Below, one piece after another: positions 8,231 to 19,729 of a stretch of 35,553 nucleotides of DNA; the stretch's first letter is position 1, and the number at the start of each line of letters is the position of its first letter. This DNA comes from Nemertoderma westbladi (lineage: Eukaryota; Animalia; Xenacoelomorpha), in the NCBI GenBank assembly GCA_032718475.1, contig JAUCBJ010006286.1, positions 1 to 35,553 of the forward strand, written 5' to 3'. The translations under genes were made by a program, and so were the position numbers. The notes under the pieces were generated by a model. The model worked only from the letters and a program-made list of their open reading frames with translations. It was not told the origin of the DNA and searched no databases.

Positions 8231-9721
8231 ATGGACAAAGAAGCAGAATGTCGTCTGCATAGACAACAATCCCGAAATACCTTGAACTAATGTGACAGCC
8301 AACACCAGATTGACGCAACTTGATTATCAACTTGTTAACAATAACACAAAACCGGATTGGTGAAGCCACCGATCCTTGTCTAACTCCATTAGTAATTCTA
8401 AACTGCTCCGAAGAAGCACCATTCCATTTTACAGAGCTTAACTGACCCGCATAAATTGAAATTAACGTCCATAAAAATATATCCGATAAACCTTTCTTTA
8501 GAAGTTCAAGGAAAAGTGAACACCATTCGATCATATCAAATGCCTTTGATAGATCCATAAAGCAACCAAAAACAGGCGTGGAGAAACGGGAGTAGAATGA
8601 AATTACTTCAGTAGCTGTCCAAGAACACATAGTTGTGCTTGAATTCTTCTGATACCCAAATTGCAACTCATCAACAACAAGCGCATCTCGCTGGGACAGA
8701 ACCATCACCCATTCAAATATCTTTAGGATTAATGAAGAAATAGCGATAGCCCGATAATTGGATGAGCTCGATATGTCCCCTAATTTATCTTTAACCAATG
8801 GGATAATATAAAAAATTAGTAAGAACTTCGGATCATAGCCATGCAATAAACATGCATTAAACAATACACATAGTGATGAGGCTAACTCGCTAGGGGCATT
8901 TAAAAGGCAAGTAGAGTCAAAGGCAAAACTAACATCAGATTTACCTGATTGCAGCTTACTAATTGCAGCAGATACAAGACCTGGAGTAACCCATTCTACA
9001 TTTTCAAAGCTAGTTTGCTCTATTTTGTCACGGACCAGATGTCCAAGATTACTCAGATCTTCGTCATAACCTTGGTTAAAGAGACTAGAATAGATATCAC
9101 TGAAAACATTTGCTATATCCTCACTGGCAGGTGCTCCCTCTACTGTATGACTCCCAGTCGATGTATTTCCACGTAACTTTATGATTACAGCAAAAATGTT
9201 TTGCTTATCATGCAAAAGGCTTTCTAATAATTTTTCTCTACGCAACTGATCGGCACGGCCCTTCAGACGGCGTACTGCATACTTATATTGCGACTTCGCA
9301 ACTCTCCTAAGATGAAACAGATTACCATTACTCGCACAAGGCTTTCCAGCAGCACGCCACATTCCGTCCCAAAACATTGAGTCTTCCTTATATGGACGAA
9401 CATATTCATTCCAACCAGGAAGGACTGGTGTGGAACCCTTTTGGACAGGTGGACCGGAATGCGGGAGAAACTGAGTAGATTCTGACAGTGTATCAGTAAT
9501 ACAAGCAGCAATGCTGTCAATCAAACTAATGTGGTCCGCATCTGTACAAAACAAATTATCACACGCAATACACGGCTCATCAATGACTGTGCTTAAGTTC
9601 TCCTTAATATAATCATTAAACATTTTCCTTTGATCGTTATCAGCTTTATTGAAACAGGGTCGGCCTGATAAATTAGGAGGTACCTCACATAATCTGACTA
9701 AGGAATCCACCTTAAACTTAA
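8231..9721 (-). pseudogene. LINE ORF2 central region including the reverse transcriptase domain
   Basis: ORF 8196-9710 contains PGWNEYV, NYRAIAISS, QFGYQKNSST, FMDLSKAFD, GVRQGSVASP and YADDILLL. Its last ~11 residues come from the LTR. Confidence 0.93.
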
Positions 9722-11306
9722 CCCTATTACCACTGGGGTGTTTTGACCATTAGCAGCACTGGGGGGGGCCGATTCGGCCCACCCACTATATTTTTGTAGT
9801 CGTCCAATGAAATCCTACAAAATTTGGGCTCTTGGTGAAACAACTATAGATGAACACTACCAAACCTTAAAAAGTTAAAATTTCATAAGCAGGGACTCAT
9901 AATTTTGATGAAAAATAAAAGTATGTCCCAGGACAAAATTACAAAATTTTTCGTTTTCTAAAAACTAATAGTGTGGCAGGTTAGCTAGATTTAGTAGGTT
10001 TTTCAAGACGCTGAATCGAATGTGATTATATTCCACTTCCAAAAATTGAAGTGGATGCTATTTTTCATGCACATAAGAAGTGGGCGTGGCACTTCAAATT
10101 TTGAAAAATTAGATATTCAGAAAATGCCCCTAATTTTTTTATTTCAACGCATCTTTATGGGTTTTCTGGGCCGCTGAATCGATTGAAAGTAATATAGAAG
10201 CCTGAAGACTGAGTGGTTAGCCATTTTTGGTGCACCAAAATTAGGGCGTGGCACTTAAAATTTTGAAAAATACGAGATTCGGAAAATAAACCGAAATTGA
10301 AATTTTAACGAATTTATATAGGTTTTCCAGACCGCTGAATCGATTGAAAGTAATATAGAAAAGCCTGAAGATTTAGAAGTTAGCCATTTTTTGAAATCAA
10401 AACTTTAGTGTTTTTTCCGAATAAAGTAATTTTGAAAATTTGAAGTGCCACGCCCTAATTTTGGTGCACCGAAAATGGCGAACCACTAAGTCTTCAGGGT
10501 TCTATATTACTTTCAATCGATTCAGCGCTCCAGAAAACCTATAAAATTAATTTAAAATCAAAACTTTAGTGAATTTTTCGAATCTCGTATTTTTCAAAAT
10601 TTGAAGTGCCACGCCCTAATTTTGGTGCACCAAAAATGGCGAACCACTAAGTCTTCAGGCTTCTATATTACTTTCAATCGATTCAGCGCTCCAGAAAACC
10701 TATAAAAATGCTTTGCAAATCAAAACTTCAGTGTATTTTCCGAATCTCGTATTTTTCAAAATTTGAAGTGCCACACCCTAATTTTGGTGCACCAAAAAAT
10801 GGCGAACCACTAAGTCTTCAGGCTTCTATACTACTTTTAATCGATTCAGCGCTCCAGAAAACCAATAAAAATGCTTCGAAATCAGAACTTTAGTAAATTT
10901 TCCGAATAAAGTAATTTTGAAATTTTAAAGTGCCACGCCCTAAATTTGGTGCTCCAAAAATGACGTACCACTACACTTACATACTTGTATAGAGCATTAG
11001 AGTGATCCAAACCAATGAAAATAAATAAAAATAGCCCAAACACAAATAATTACTAAATCACGAATGACTTTGTAAAATTCGAAAATTTCAAAAAATTTGG
11101 TGCTGGAGACCAAATTTTGAGGTGGCACCCACATCGAAAAGTAGAAATCCAATTGCAACGGCGTTTTTTGCAAAAGATGCGGCATTAAATTTGACTAATT
11201 CTCACAAAAAATTGGGCCGGTACGTAATGTGGTTGCATAGTTACAGCAACTAAAAACTAGGAAGGGGCCGATTCCCCCCCCCCCCCCCCCCCCAGTGGTA
11301 ATAGGG
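9722..11306. mobile_element. Non-autonomous piggyBac-type element (MITE-like, 1585 bp)
   Basis: TTAA duplication at 9718-9721 and 11307-11310; 17-bp TIR CCCTATTACCACTGGGG at both ends; no transposase ORF. Excision restores the LINE frame (SPVYI-KFKVDS). Confidence 0.92.
10070..10970. repeat. ~162-bp internal repeats arranged as two opposed tandem arrays
   Basis: gggcgtggcac occurs at ~10082 and ~10244, and its reverse complement gtgccac(g/a)ccc at ~10445, 10606, 10768 and 10930. Orientation switches near 10390. Confidence 0.85.
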
Positions 11307-12042
11307 TTAATATACACAGGGCTATGATTTGAATTATTCGCACCATTGTGAATTACTCCTCCTTCAAAACAGGAGTCTACCACAAACCACTGGAGCAAAG
11401 AATATAGTCTAGTGTGGAGGTGAATAAATTACCGTTTAATATATGTTCATACGTAGTCAATAGAAAATTTATCCCAAAGTTTAAAGACCGAATTGTTGTG
11501 TATAAAATTATTCAGAATATTAACGTGTAAAGTATCACGCGAAAAATCAGCATTAAAATCACCCACTAAGTAAAGATTTGGAGTATCTAGTTAAACAATT
11601 AAATTTTTGATATCCTGTAATAGTGTTAAAAATTCATCAGAAATGACTGTAGTAGATCTACTGTCTACAGGAAAATATACATTTAAAATTGCAAACGAAG
11701 AATTTGGTAATTGAATTTCAACGCTTGTAACCTTCTGTTACTACACTTAAAAAGGCGTGCATATTTAGCAATGGACACATCTACAAGCATAGATAGACCA
11801 CCACTGGGGCGACCTCCTGTTTGTGAATCACCAACATAAGTAGCAGGATTAGTAAAGCACCGATATTGGGGAAATTCATTGTGTAAATATTGAACATTAT
11901 CATAAAGGAGAAAATGCTCCTGAATGCACACAACATCTGAACCTATAGAAAGACATTTTAACATATCAATCTTATCAGGACCAAAACCTGTACTATTGTA
12001 CGAAGTTATTGTTACGTGTGTTTTATTATCCGTAGTAGCCAT
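11307..12042 (-). pseudogene. LINE ORF2 N-terminal APE-like endonuclease (frameshifts and stops)
   Basis: TITSYNSTG, VVCIQEH and GGRPSGGL, then in shifted frames ILNVYFP, VGDFNAD, TLDYIL and SNHSPV (the SDH motif position). Confidence 0.88.
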
Positions 12043-12147
12043 TTTAACAGTTGAGTATAAAAAATAAAGGAATCAATACAAAATATTGCATAAAAAAATA
12101 TATAAATTATAAAAGGCACAAATAGGTTGATAGCTATCAGCAGTCCA

Positions 12148-13272
12148 TCAGTAACCCCAGGCACCGGGATTATATCCGCCAGATTGTCTGGGTCGCCTTG
12201 ATCGATGGAACCACTTCCGAACGAAGACACCACGGGGCCATAGAGAAGGCTCAAGGATTTTGTCAAGATATTGAGTTTCCACGCTAATGCGAAAACTGGC
12301 AGACCAAGCTTCTTCCTTAGATACTTTCGTTATAGAACCCGCGTCTACCGAAATACCACATGCCTTGAGATCCTCCATTAGATCGCTGGGTGTAACGTCG
12401 TGATCTATATTGTTAACATAAATCTCGGAGGGAGGAACTGGGGCAGCACGGGCGCGCGCGACCCCCTTAAGGCTACCTGTCGGGCTCATTGTACCTTCAA
12501 CTCCCTTATTAAGCTTTCTATAGGGTTTAACCTTCACCCACTCCCCCGAATCGTCATTGGCTACATCACCGGCTGTGACCTCGATGGCGGGAGAATCGCG
12601 GTCTCTTAAGACTCCCAGGCTGTTGCTGCGGGGCGTGGCCTGGGGAGTTTTATTCCCCGGGTTCTGCGAATGAAATGAGCCACAACGAGGGCCACGGAGT
12701 GGAGAACGAGCAGCGACCTGACTATAAGACTGTCTTTGAAACCTAGGAGGCATTGGAAGTACAGCCCCAGACGAACTAGAAAGTTTTCCCACAGTAGACT
12801 CTATCAATTTAAGTTTATCCAACATCTCTTTGTGGTAACTATCCATCTTTTCATCTAAGCCTGGCAGGCGGGTTCCTGTGTCAAAATCTCGAACATTAGA
12901 TAGACCACCCGAACTAGAACCACCACCTGTAGGAGCTACAGAAGGCCTACGCGGCAGCGATAGCGCATCAAGTGCACCCACTGCTATCAATGGCATCAAA
13001 GCACCTGATTCCAGCTCACGTAGTTTTTCCCATATACAGTATCTTTCAAGTTAGCGGTAGCCGCTGAGCGCTCATTTGTGTCCCGGCGGTTAATCACTTC
13101 GAAGTTCAGTGCCAGTTGCCGAATAAATATCTTCAGTGGTAAACGAGGACAGACAAACCTCGCACGTCTCCGCCCAAACAGAGGACGCCATGCCTTGGAC
13201 GACAACTGATAAACATGGCTTAACTATAACTACCTGCGGTGGCTCCAAAGTGTCGCCATCGCCATCCACCAT
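12148..13272 (-). pseudogene. LINE ORF1 (two frameshifts) with a C-terminal RRM-like domain
   Basis: ORFs 13090-13272, 12996-13205 and 12148-12999. The C-terminal EIYVNNI...SASFRISV...WPRGVFVRKWF is typical of CR1/L2-group ORF1. Confidence 0.75.
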
Positions 13273-13683
13273 AGTGATGTAGTGTCAGCTACAATATAGC
13301 CCTGTATTTCAGTATTTCGTATAGTTATATTCAGTATATTGCAGATGGTAAGCTGTAAGCTACTATTACCTTGTTTGATTTAATACCTTGTTTGCTTAAT
13401 AAAGATACATTAAAAAAAATAAAAAATCTTCATATATAAAATTCCAATGAATAGTCAACCAAAAAGTGAAATCCTGGTATTCTTCACATGGGCGCCTCGG
13501 GGCTATCCTATGAGACATATTTGCCGTTTTATACCATTACATAACCATTTTATTTATCGTATCAATAATTTATTTTACATATGCTATATTATAACCCATT
13601 TGGTTGTTGTAGTACTTATATATGATCTCAATAAATTAATATCAATATCAGTGCTGTCAGTAATTTGTGTGTGAAGAGTTCAC

Positions 13684-13852
13684 CCATCCAGCCAGCCTGC
13701 GCATCGTAATCAAACTTTCACACAAAAGGTAAGCGTGCTTACTTTACTTGGGTTGACAACTTCTTTATTAAGTCTGATGAAGAAAGTACGCACGGTGGCT
13801 ATATAATTCCCAAAACCCGGGTAATTGCTTCCTTCCTCAGGACACTTTGGTT
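13684..13852 (-). CDS. Two candidate host micro-exons (13852-13794 and 13714-13684), possibly part of a Cys-containing extracellular PAN/apple-like domain
   Basis: AG/GT-bounded segments separated by a 79-nt GT-AG intron splice in frame to xPKCPEEGSNYPGFGNYIAT-FDYDAQAGWM. No further exons were identified. Confidence 0.25.
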
Positions 13853-15317
13853 CTGGTATGAGAGACGCTCGTCCCATTATTATATGGTCCAACGGAAATA
13901 ATTAGAAGATGTAAGGGATGTGACAAAAACCTGCCAGAATTGGATGGATATGCCTACCATTGTCTTCCTCTACCAGATAGGAAATGAGCCCCTGGGAGTG
14001 ATCCTATTGGCCGATATTCAATTTATTTATAAGATCTGCCACTGACAGCGACCAATAGGAATACGGAAAGCCATATAGTAAAGTATAAAGGGGAATGGGT
14101 TTGGGTTCGATGGTGTATTGATGTGGTAAATTTTTATTGTACTATGTTGTGTTGTTAAATAAATATGTAATATACATGTAGGTAGATGTTGTACTGTCGG
14201 AAGTAGGACAATTTTGGTCCGTGGCTGTCCGGAACCGAACAATCCGGGTACTGATTCATTTCTATAAGTTTCTTTATACATTTCTGATTTATTTATTTTT
14301 CTTTCTGTTTTGTTTATTCCGCTTGCATAATGTGTTAAAACCCATTACTTATAAAACTCAAACAAATCAAATAACATTTACTCTAGAACTGATAAAGATT
14401 TATTCCTGAATTTAATGTTTTGAATTCAAGAAAAATAAATTGTAAACAATAAAATGTATTTGGTAGTAGTATGTATCTTTAAATGTAGAAATCAATGGCT
14501 TATAAGTTTGTTTCTTGATTGATGGATGATGTCAACTATTTTCTGTGCAATATTTACTGACTGGCATGTTTATGAGATTGAATATCAATTATTACTGTAA
14601 ATAAGTTTGTCTGAAATTAAAGGATGGCATGAAATTGGTCTGCTGTGTAGAATGTAGATCTCAATGGTGGTCGATCTTTTCTCTGTGCAGTTTAAATTAA
14701 TTATTGATCGGCAGGCTACTAAGAACTTTTTTAGCAATCATTATTTTACTAGAACGCCATCAAGATGGCCTTAAACGAACCTGTCTTTTACACAGCCTCC
14801 AATAAACAGATGGGATTGGAAGATGCAAACCAAGAATGACATGCATCAACCAAACAAACTGCCTCCCGTCTCGTAATACACAGCCGTTTCAGCTAAGCAG
14901 AGAAATCACAATCACAATTAGTGCGATGTGTGAAATGTTATCCATATCCGCAACCTGGGAAACGGCCCCAAAGACCAGTTTACTCTGCTATGGGATTTTA
15001 CTGTTTTAGATAAATAAAATAAAGACACTAATAATTATTTCTCCCTATAATACATTCCCAGGTAGCTTAATAAAAAAACATTGGAAGCAACCAATATTAA
15101 GTAAATGTACGTACAAGCTTCCTATGAAATCTGGTTTTATTTTCTGGTTTTGTTAGTTTAATCAACAGCTGTTGTAAACGTCCCAGATATACAAAACCTA
15201 CTAAGCCTTTACGTTTAAATTGAATTTAGCCTGAGTTGAGTACAGTATATTATAACTATGTATAAATTACAATAGAGGCGATGTATAAATGATACTGCTT
15301 GACACTAACTAACTGAC

Positions 15318-16555
15318 TCTACAAATGTTAATCATGTTGCTTGAAATTTGAAACATAACTAGATGTCCCCATGAAGCCGGAATTTATTTTTTATTTTGCC
15401 TTTAATTTTTTTTAAAGTGTTTATAATGGTGTCATTTGCGATATCACACTCCTCTTATCGACGGGTGTAAACGTTGTACCGACACTGTGCCGACAGTGTC
15501 GGCATAACGTTGTGCCGACAGTGTGCAGATAATGTGCTAACGTTGTGCCGGCAGTGTCAGCATAACGTTGTGCCGACAGTGTGCAGATAATGTGCTAACC
15601 TTGTGCCGGCAGTGTCGGCATTACGTTGTGCCGACATTGTCAGCGTTTCGTTGTGCCAACAGTGTCGGCGTTACGTTGTGCCGACAGTATCGGCGTTACG
15701 TTATGCCGACAGTTACGTTGTGCCGACACTGTCGGCATTACGTTGTGTGATTCTATTTAAGCTAGCTACTTTATGCCACCACTTACGTCGTTTTATTTGA
15801 TGTAAGTCTTCTCTCACTTTTATCTGGGCTGATTTCAGCATAAATATCGTCCATCGATGCTTCTTCCATAGTGAAATACGGGCATTACTAAACCTTCAGG
15901 TACACATAGGTTGACTAATTTTTTTCATATAAAAAAGGCTTTTATCATGAGGTTTTTCTTTCTAGAAGAAATATTTGACCTTCTGACAGTAGGATGGTAT
16001 TTTAAACAAAAATTGTTTTAGAAAAAAATGTGTTCTAGAACAAATATATTTATTAAAATTGATAACTAACACGTGTTCTATAACATTTATAAAAAAATTA
16101 GCAAAAACTAGCTAGAATAAAAAATCAAATGTCATGGAAATAACTTTAAAATTTAATCAACATTATTTTTTGATGACAAAATTTTTTTTTTTGTCAGAAT
16201 TGTTCACGACTTTGACAAAAACAGTACCTTACAACAAATAAAATAAATAACACGTTGTAGAATTTTTAGTATTTATTAAATAGAAGAAATGGCCTACAGT
16301 GAACAATAATCCTTGCAATCTTTGAACGCCTACTGTATATAACAGCTGTTTCACAACGAAATTAATATCTTGTTACATAATGGGAAGAGTGGCCACGATA
16401 CGGAGGGTGCGATTTCGCAAAAGGCACTTTTTTAAAACGCTTATATAGACAAAATTTCAAGGCTAAAAATGAAAAATTCCGGCTTTATAGGGTCATCGAC
16501 GCGACGGTGAGTTGAACTAGTTAGTTGTGTTTCAAATTTCAAGCAATATGATAAA
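15318..16555. repeat. Long imperfect inverted repeat (arms ~15318-15460 and ~16396-16555)
   Basis: catgttgcttgaaatttgaaacataacta vs tagttgtgtttcaaatttcaagcaatatg (27/29 after reverse complement); gatgtccccatgaagccggaattt vs aaattccggctttatagggtcatc; tttgcgatatcacactcctcttatcg vs cgatacggagggtgcgatttcgcaaa. Confidence 0.75.
15479..15746. repeat. 25-bp (some 33-bp) tandem array of palindromic units
   Basis: Unit acgttgTGCCGACAgTGTCGGCAtt starts at 15507, 15540, 15565, 15598, 15623, 15648, 15673 and 15698. Confidence 0.9.
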
Positions 16556-16563
16556 GCAACGAC

Positions 16564-16927
16564 TTCTAGAACATAGTTAATATTATTATATATAGAACAT
16601 CATAGTATAAATTAGTATATATAGAACATAGTATATATTAGTATATATAGAACATAGAATATATTAGTATATATAGAACATCATAGTATAAATTAGTATA
16701 TATAGAACATAGAACATAGTATATATTAGTATAGAACATAGTATATATTAGTATATATAGAACATAGAATATATTAGTATATATAGAACATCATAGTATA
16801 AATTAGTATATATAGAACATCATAGTATAAATTAGTATATATAGAACATAGAACATAGTATATATTAGTATAGAACATAGTATATATTAGTATATATAGA
16901 ACATAGAATATATACTATGTTCTAGAA
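16564..16927. repeat. AT-rich minisatellite (tagaacatagtatatattagtatata) bounded by a 14-bp inverted repeat
   Basis: ttctagaacatagt (16564-16577) and actatgttctagaa (16914-16927) are exact reverse complements. The interior consists of tandem variants of the same motif. Confidence 0.8.
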
Positions 16928-16983
16928 ATCCTAGGATAAAAATTTGTAGAACAATTTGAGGGGGGGGGGGGGGGGGTTCCGTG

Positions 16984-17034
16984 CAAGGCGTCCTTTAATA
17001 AGTATTGCTTTAATGCGTATTAAAGGACGCCTTG
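16984..17034. mobile_element. 51-bp miniature TIR element with an 8-bp TSD (P- or hAT-superfamily type)
   Basis: Perfect 17-bp TIRs CAAGGCGTCCTTTAATA (16984-17000 and 17018-17034), flanked on both sides by GTTCCGTG (16976-16983 and 17035-17042). Confidence 0.8.
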
Positions 17035-18455
17035 GTTCCGTGTCATCAGGAAATTATACCCTACTATAATAGGGGTCACGGATATATATATTACATATAA
17101 AAATATTATTATATATAAATATCATCACGAATTACTTGATATTATTATACTGTATATAAGGCCTATATATAAATATTATTAGGGAATTATTGAATACTAT
17201 TATATATCATATATAAATATAAATATTATCAAGAATAATTAAATATTATTATATAATATATACAAATATTACTAAGAAGTAAAATTATCAAACCACATAA
17301 ACCGTAGGCCTACTACATATATCCATGTTCATACAATTTGCACACGATATTAACAGTAACTGAACCGGGCAATTTTCAACTATAGCGCTTTGTGCGCCTG
17401 TTGTTATGAATATTAATAATAATGATAACAGTAAGGAACAACTTTTTATGTATGTACAGTATGCTGCCACATTATCCGTTTCATGCAATTCATGACATAG
17501 GATTACAAAATGCAGTTGAAATTCAGCATGCGAATGTCACAAATAATCATTGTATCTTGTGCTGAATTTACATATTAAGGTAACACGTATGATTTACACT
17601 GTAATAGGAATGTAATGATTTTCCTTTTCTGCTGCAAATATACGGTATTATTTATGATGTAGGTCTTAAGCTGGTATTACCAATTGATCGGAGAGAATCT
17701 GGTATAATTTTAGCGATGGATGGATATCTGTTGTTCAAGGACTAGTGCAGATAGATAGTGAGTGCTCAATGGTTGATTATGTTCGTTTAACATATTTGTT
17801 AGCTTTATATGATACTGTAGTTACTTCTCGCCTATTAATTAATTAATAATAATTAATAATTTTATTTATTGAAAAACAAATATGGCCGCGGCAATCACTA
17901 CGTACAGTACAAAGCTGCAGGAAACTTTATGGTAATGTGACTTAAACATAATGGAGGTGTGATGGAGAATAAATTTGATTACCATGCTGTTTAAGTTGAC
18001 GCTTTTTGGCATGTTGAGTTAGTTAAGTTACTCAAACAATGGTTTGTGAATTTATTACTACAATTTTTGACATGTCTTCCTCAACAATATGTAAACTGCA
18101 ACAAAAGTTGTATGTTGTTGAATGTAGTTCTTTTAAATCTTTATGGAAATGGCAAAAGATAATTAATTAATTACTTTAAACGTATCTTACATTGGAATTG
18201 GGTTGACACTCGATGTCGAATTGCGTTGACTCTTGACTCTCTAATTATCTATAAATAAAATAATAAATTTGTATCGTATTTGCCCCAATTTTTGGTATAC
18301 CATATCACAGAGTTAATTATAAATGAATTGTTGTGGGGAGGGTGACGACGGTTGACATTTCTGGCAGAGCACGGGAATAACGTTGTACTTTCCTATGAGT
18401 GACTGTAAAAGGCCTATATATGATAGCCCACTCCAAAGTGAATAAATCTTCTACC

Positions 18456-18787
18456 GCCCTGGTAGCTCAGTGGTCTTAGGACACACACTCGGCTGATGAT
18501 AACCGGAAGTTTGAAACCTAGGTACCGAGTTCGAGCCCCAATAGGGGCGGATAATGTACTATAACATATCACAGAGTTGGTCAGTTGATTTTGGGTATGC
18601 CTGATTCCATTAAGGGAACCTTAATTTATGCAGTTCGACGATCACTTAACAGGACAATGTTCCTGTAATTGCGCGCTTAAATATGTTAATATATCGCGGA
18701 AAATAGAATCAGCAGGCCTCAACCACCTAGGGCAGTAACTTAGGTAACTCATTCTCGCTCTATAAATAACGCGAATAATTAATAAAT
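18456..18787 (+). mobile_element. tRNA-derived SINE-like element (or tRNA pseudogene plus flank)
   Basis: Pol III A box TAGCTCAGTGG (18463-18473), B box GAGTTCGAGCCC (18527-18538), acceptor-like GCCC...GGGC pairing, an unrecognisable anticodon arm and an AT-rich tail near 18775-18787. The 3' boundary is uncertain. Confidence 0.55.
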
Positions 18788-19729
18788 TTGAAATCTAAAT
18801 GTATAAAGGGATTTATATTTAAAAAATAATATTTTTATAAGAAATCAAAATTAATTGATTGACTATTGACTTTCGTTTATTGTTTTGGTTAAAATAACGT
18901 GTTACTGTAACCTGGTCGGTCATTTCCCTTAATTGATAAATTAACATTGTTAGTTCGCAAAGACGAGATATTTATTGACCGGTCCCGGGTGTCAACCTCT
19001 CCCACATTGAGACATCAACCGGGAGGTATTGTAAATTATCTCATTTTTGTGGTGCTCGAGACAAAATGCGGGCGCCACCAAAAGAGAAGGGAGAAAATAT
19101 TAGGGCACACATGAGTTGTAATGAAAACAGCTACCAATGGGGGTTACTACAGGTTTCAAAGCATTCGGTCTGATACATAGGGGTGAATCCATGCGGCGAA
19201 TGGTAGTAAGGGCGCCAACATGTTGCGGCTGTACAGATGTTATGGGACTGATCGTAAACAGAGGTGGGCCACATTAAGGTTGAATTACATGTAAGCTACA
19301 TGTGAGCTCTGCTGAGAAGAATATTCAATAAATTACTATATTACTTTCAATAAACTGTCAGTTTTAATTGGTATTGAAATTGAAAAAATCCAATAAATGC
19401 GCACCTTGTCGCGATCTTTTGTATCACTGTTAATAAAGAAATGATCCGGAAGAATTTTCCATATTTTACAAAACTAGTCTTACATAGTTAAAATAAGAAT
19501 GTTTTGTTATTGAATTCACACATCCACCAACTTCTGTATTATTTATGACCAACAAGTAATAAGTGATACCACTACAACCTGTGGACTGCGTGTTCGAGGG
19601 GAGTCGGTCCACATGGTAATACATCTTGAACAGCGTTGAGAAGAGATACGTAGTCGTAGTTGTTCCGATTCCAAGAGTAAATTATAAATTGGAACACGAA
19701 CCACACACATCGGATAGGTTATAGGGGGA

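Larger units (their letters stand above)
640..13330 (-). mobile_element. CR1-group non-LTR retrotransposon (L2/Daphne-like LINE), near full length (~4.6 kb without nested insertions), decayed
   Basis: Order on the minus strand is ORF1 (13272-12148), APE endonuclease (12042-11307), RT (9721-8231), C-terminus (1743-~830), AT-rich 3' UTR and (AAT)n tail at 640-652. Removing both nested insertions restores the ORF2 frame. The 5' boundary is approximate and no TSD was found. Confidence 0.88.

Noticed and set aside
498-13356. 11-bp inverted match (tacagcttacc / ggtaagctgta) as TIRs around the nest
   Set aside because: The match is short, has no TSD, and does not coincide with the LINE tail; likely chance.
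15568-15800. Cys-rich metallothionein-like ORFs
   Set aside because: They are translations of the 25-bp tandem repeat, start at non-ATG codons and have no gene context.
15955-16930. Heat-shock element cluster (TTCTAGAA occurring four times)
   Set aside because: Each site has only two nGAAn units, and they sit in AT-rich repeats with no linked promoter.
18456-18549. Functional tRNA gene
   Set aside because: The anticodon arm cannot be folded, the T and acceptor stems have mismatches, and no oligo-T terminator follows.
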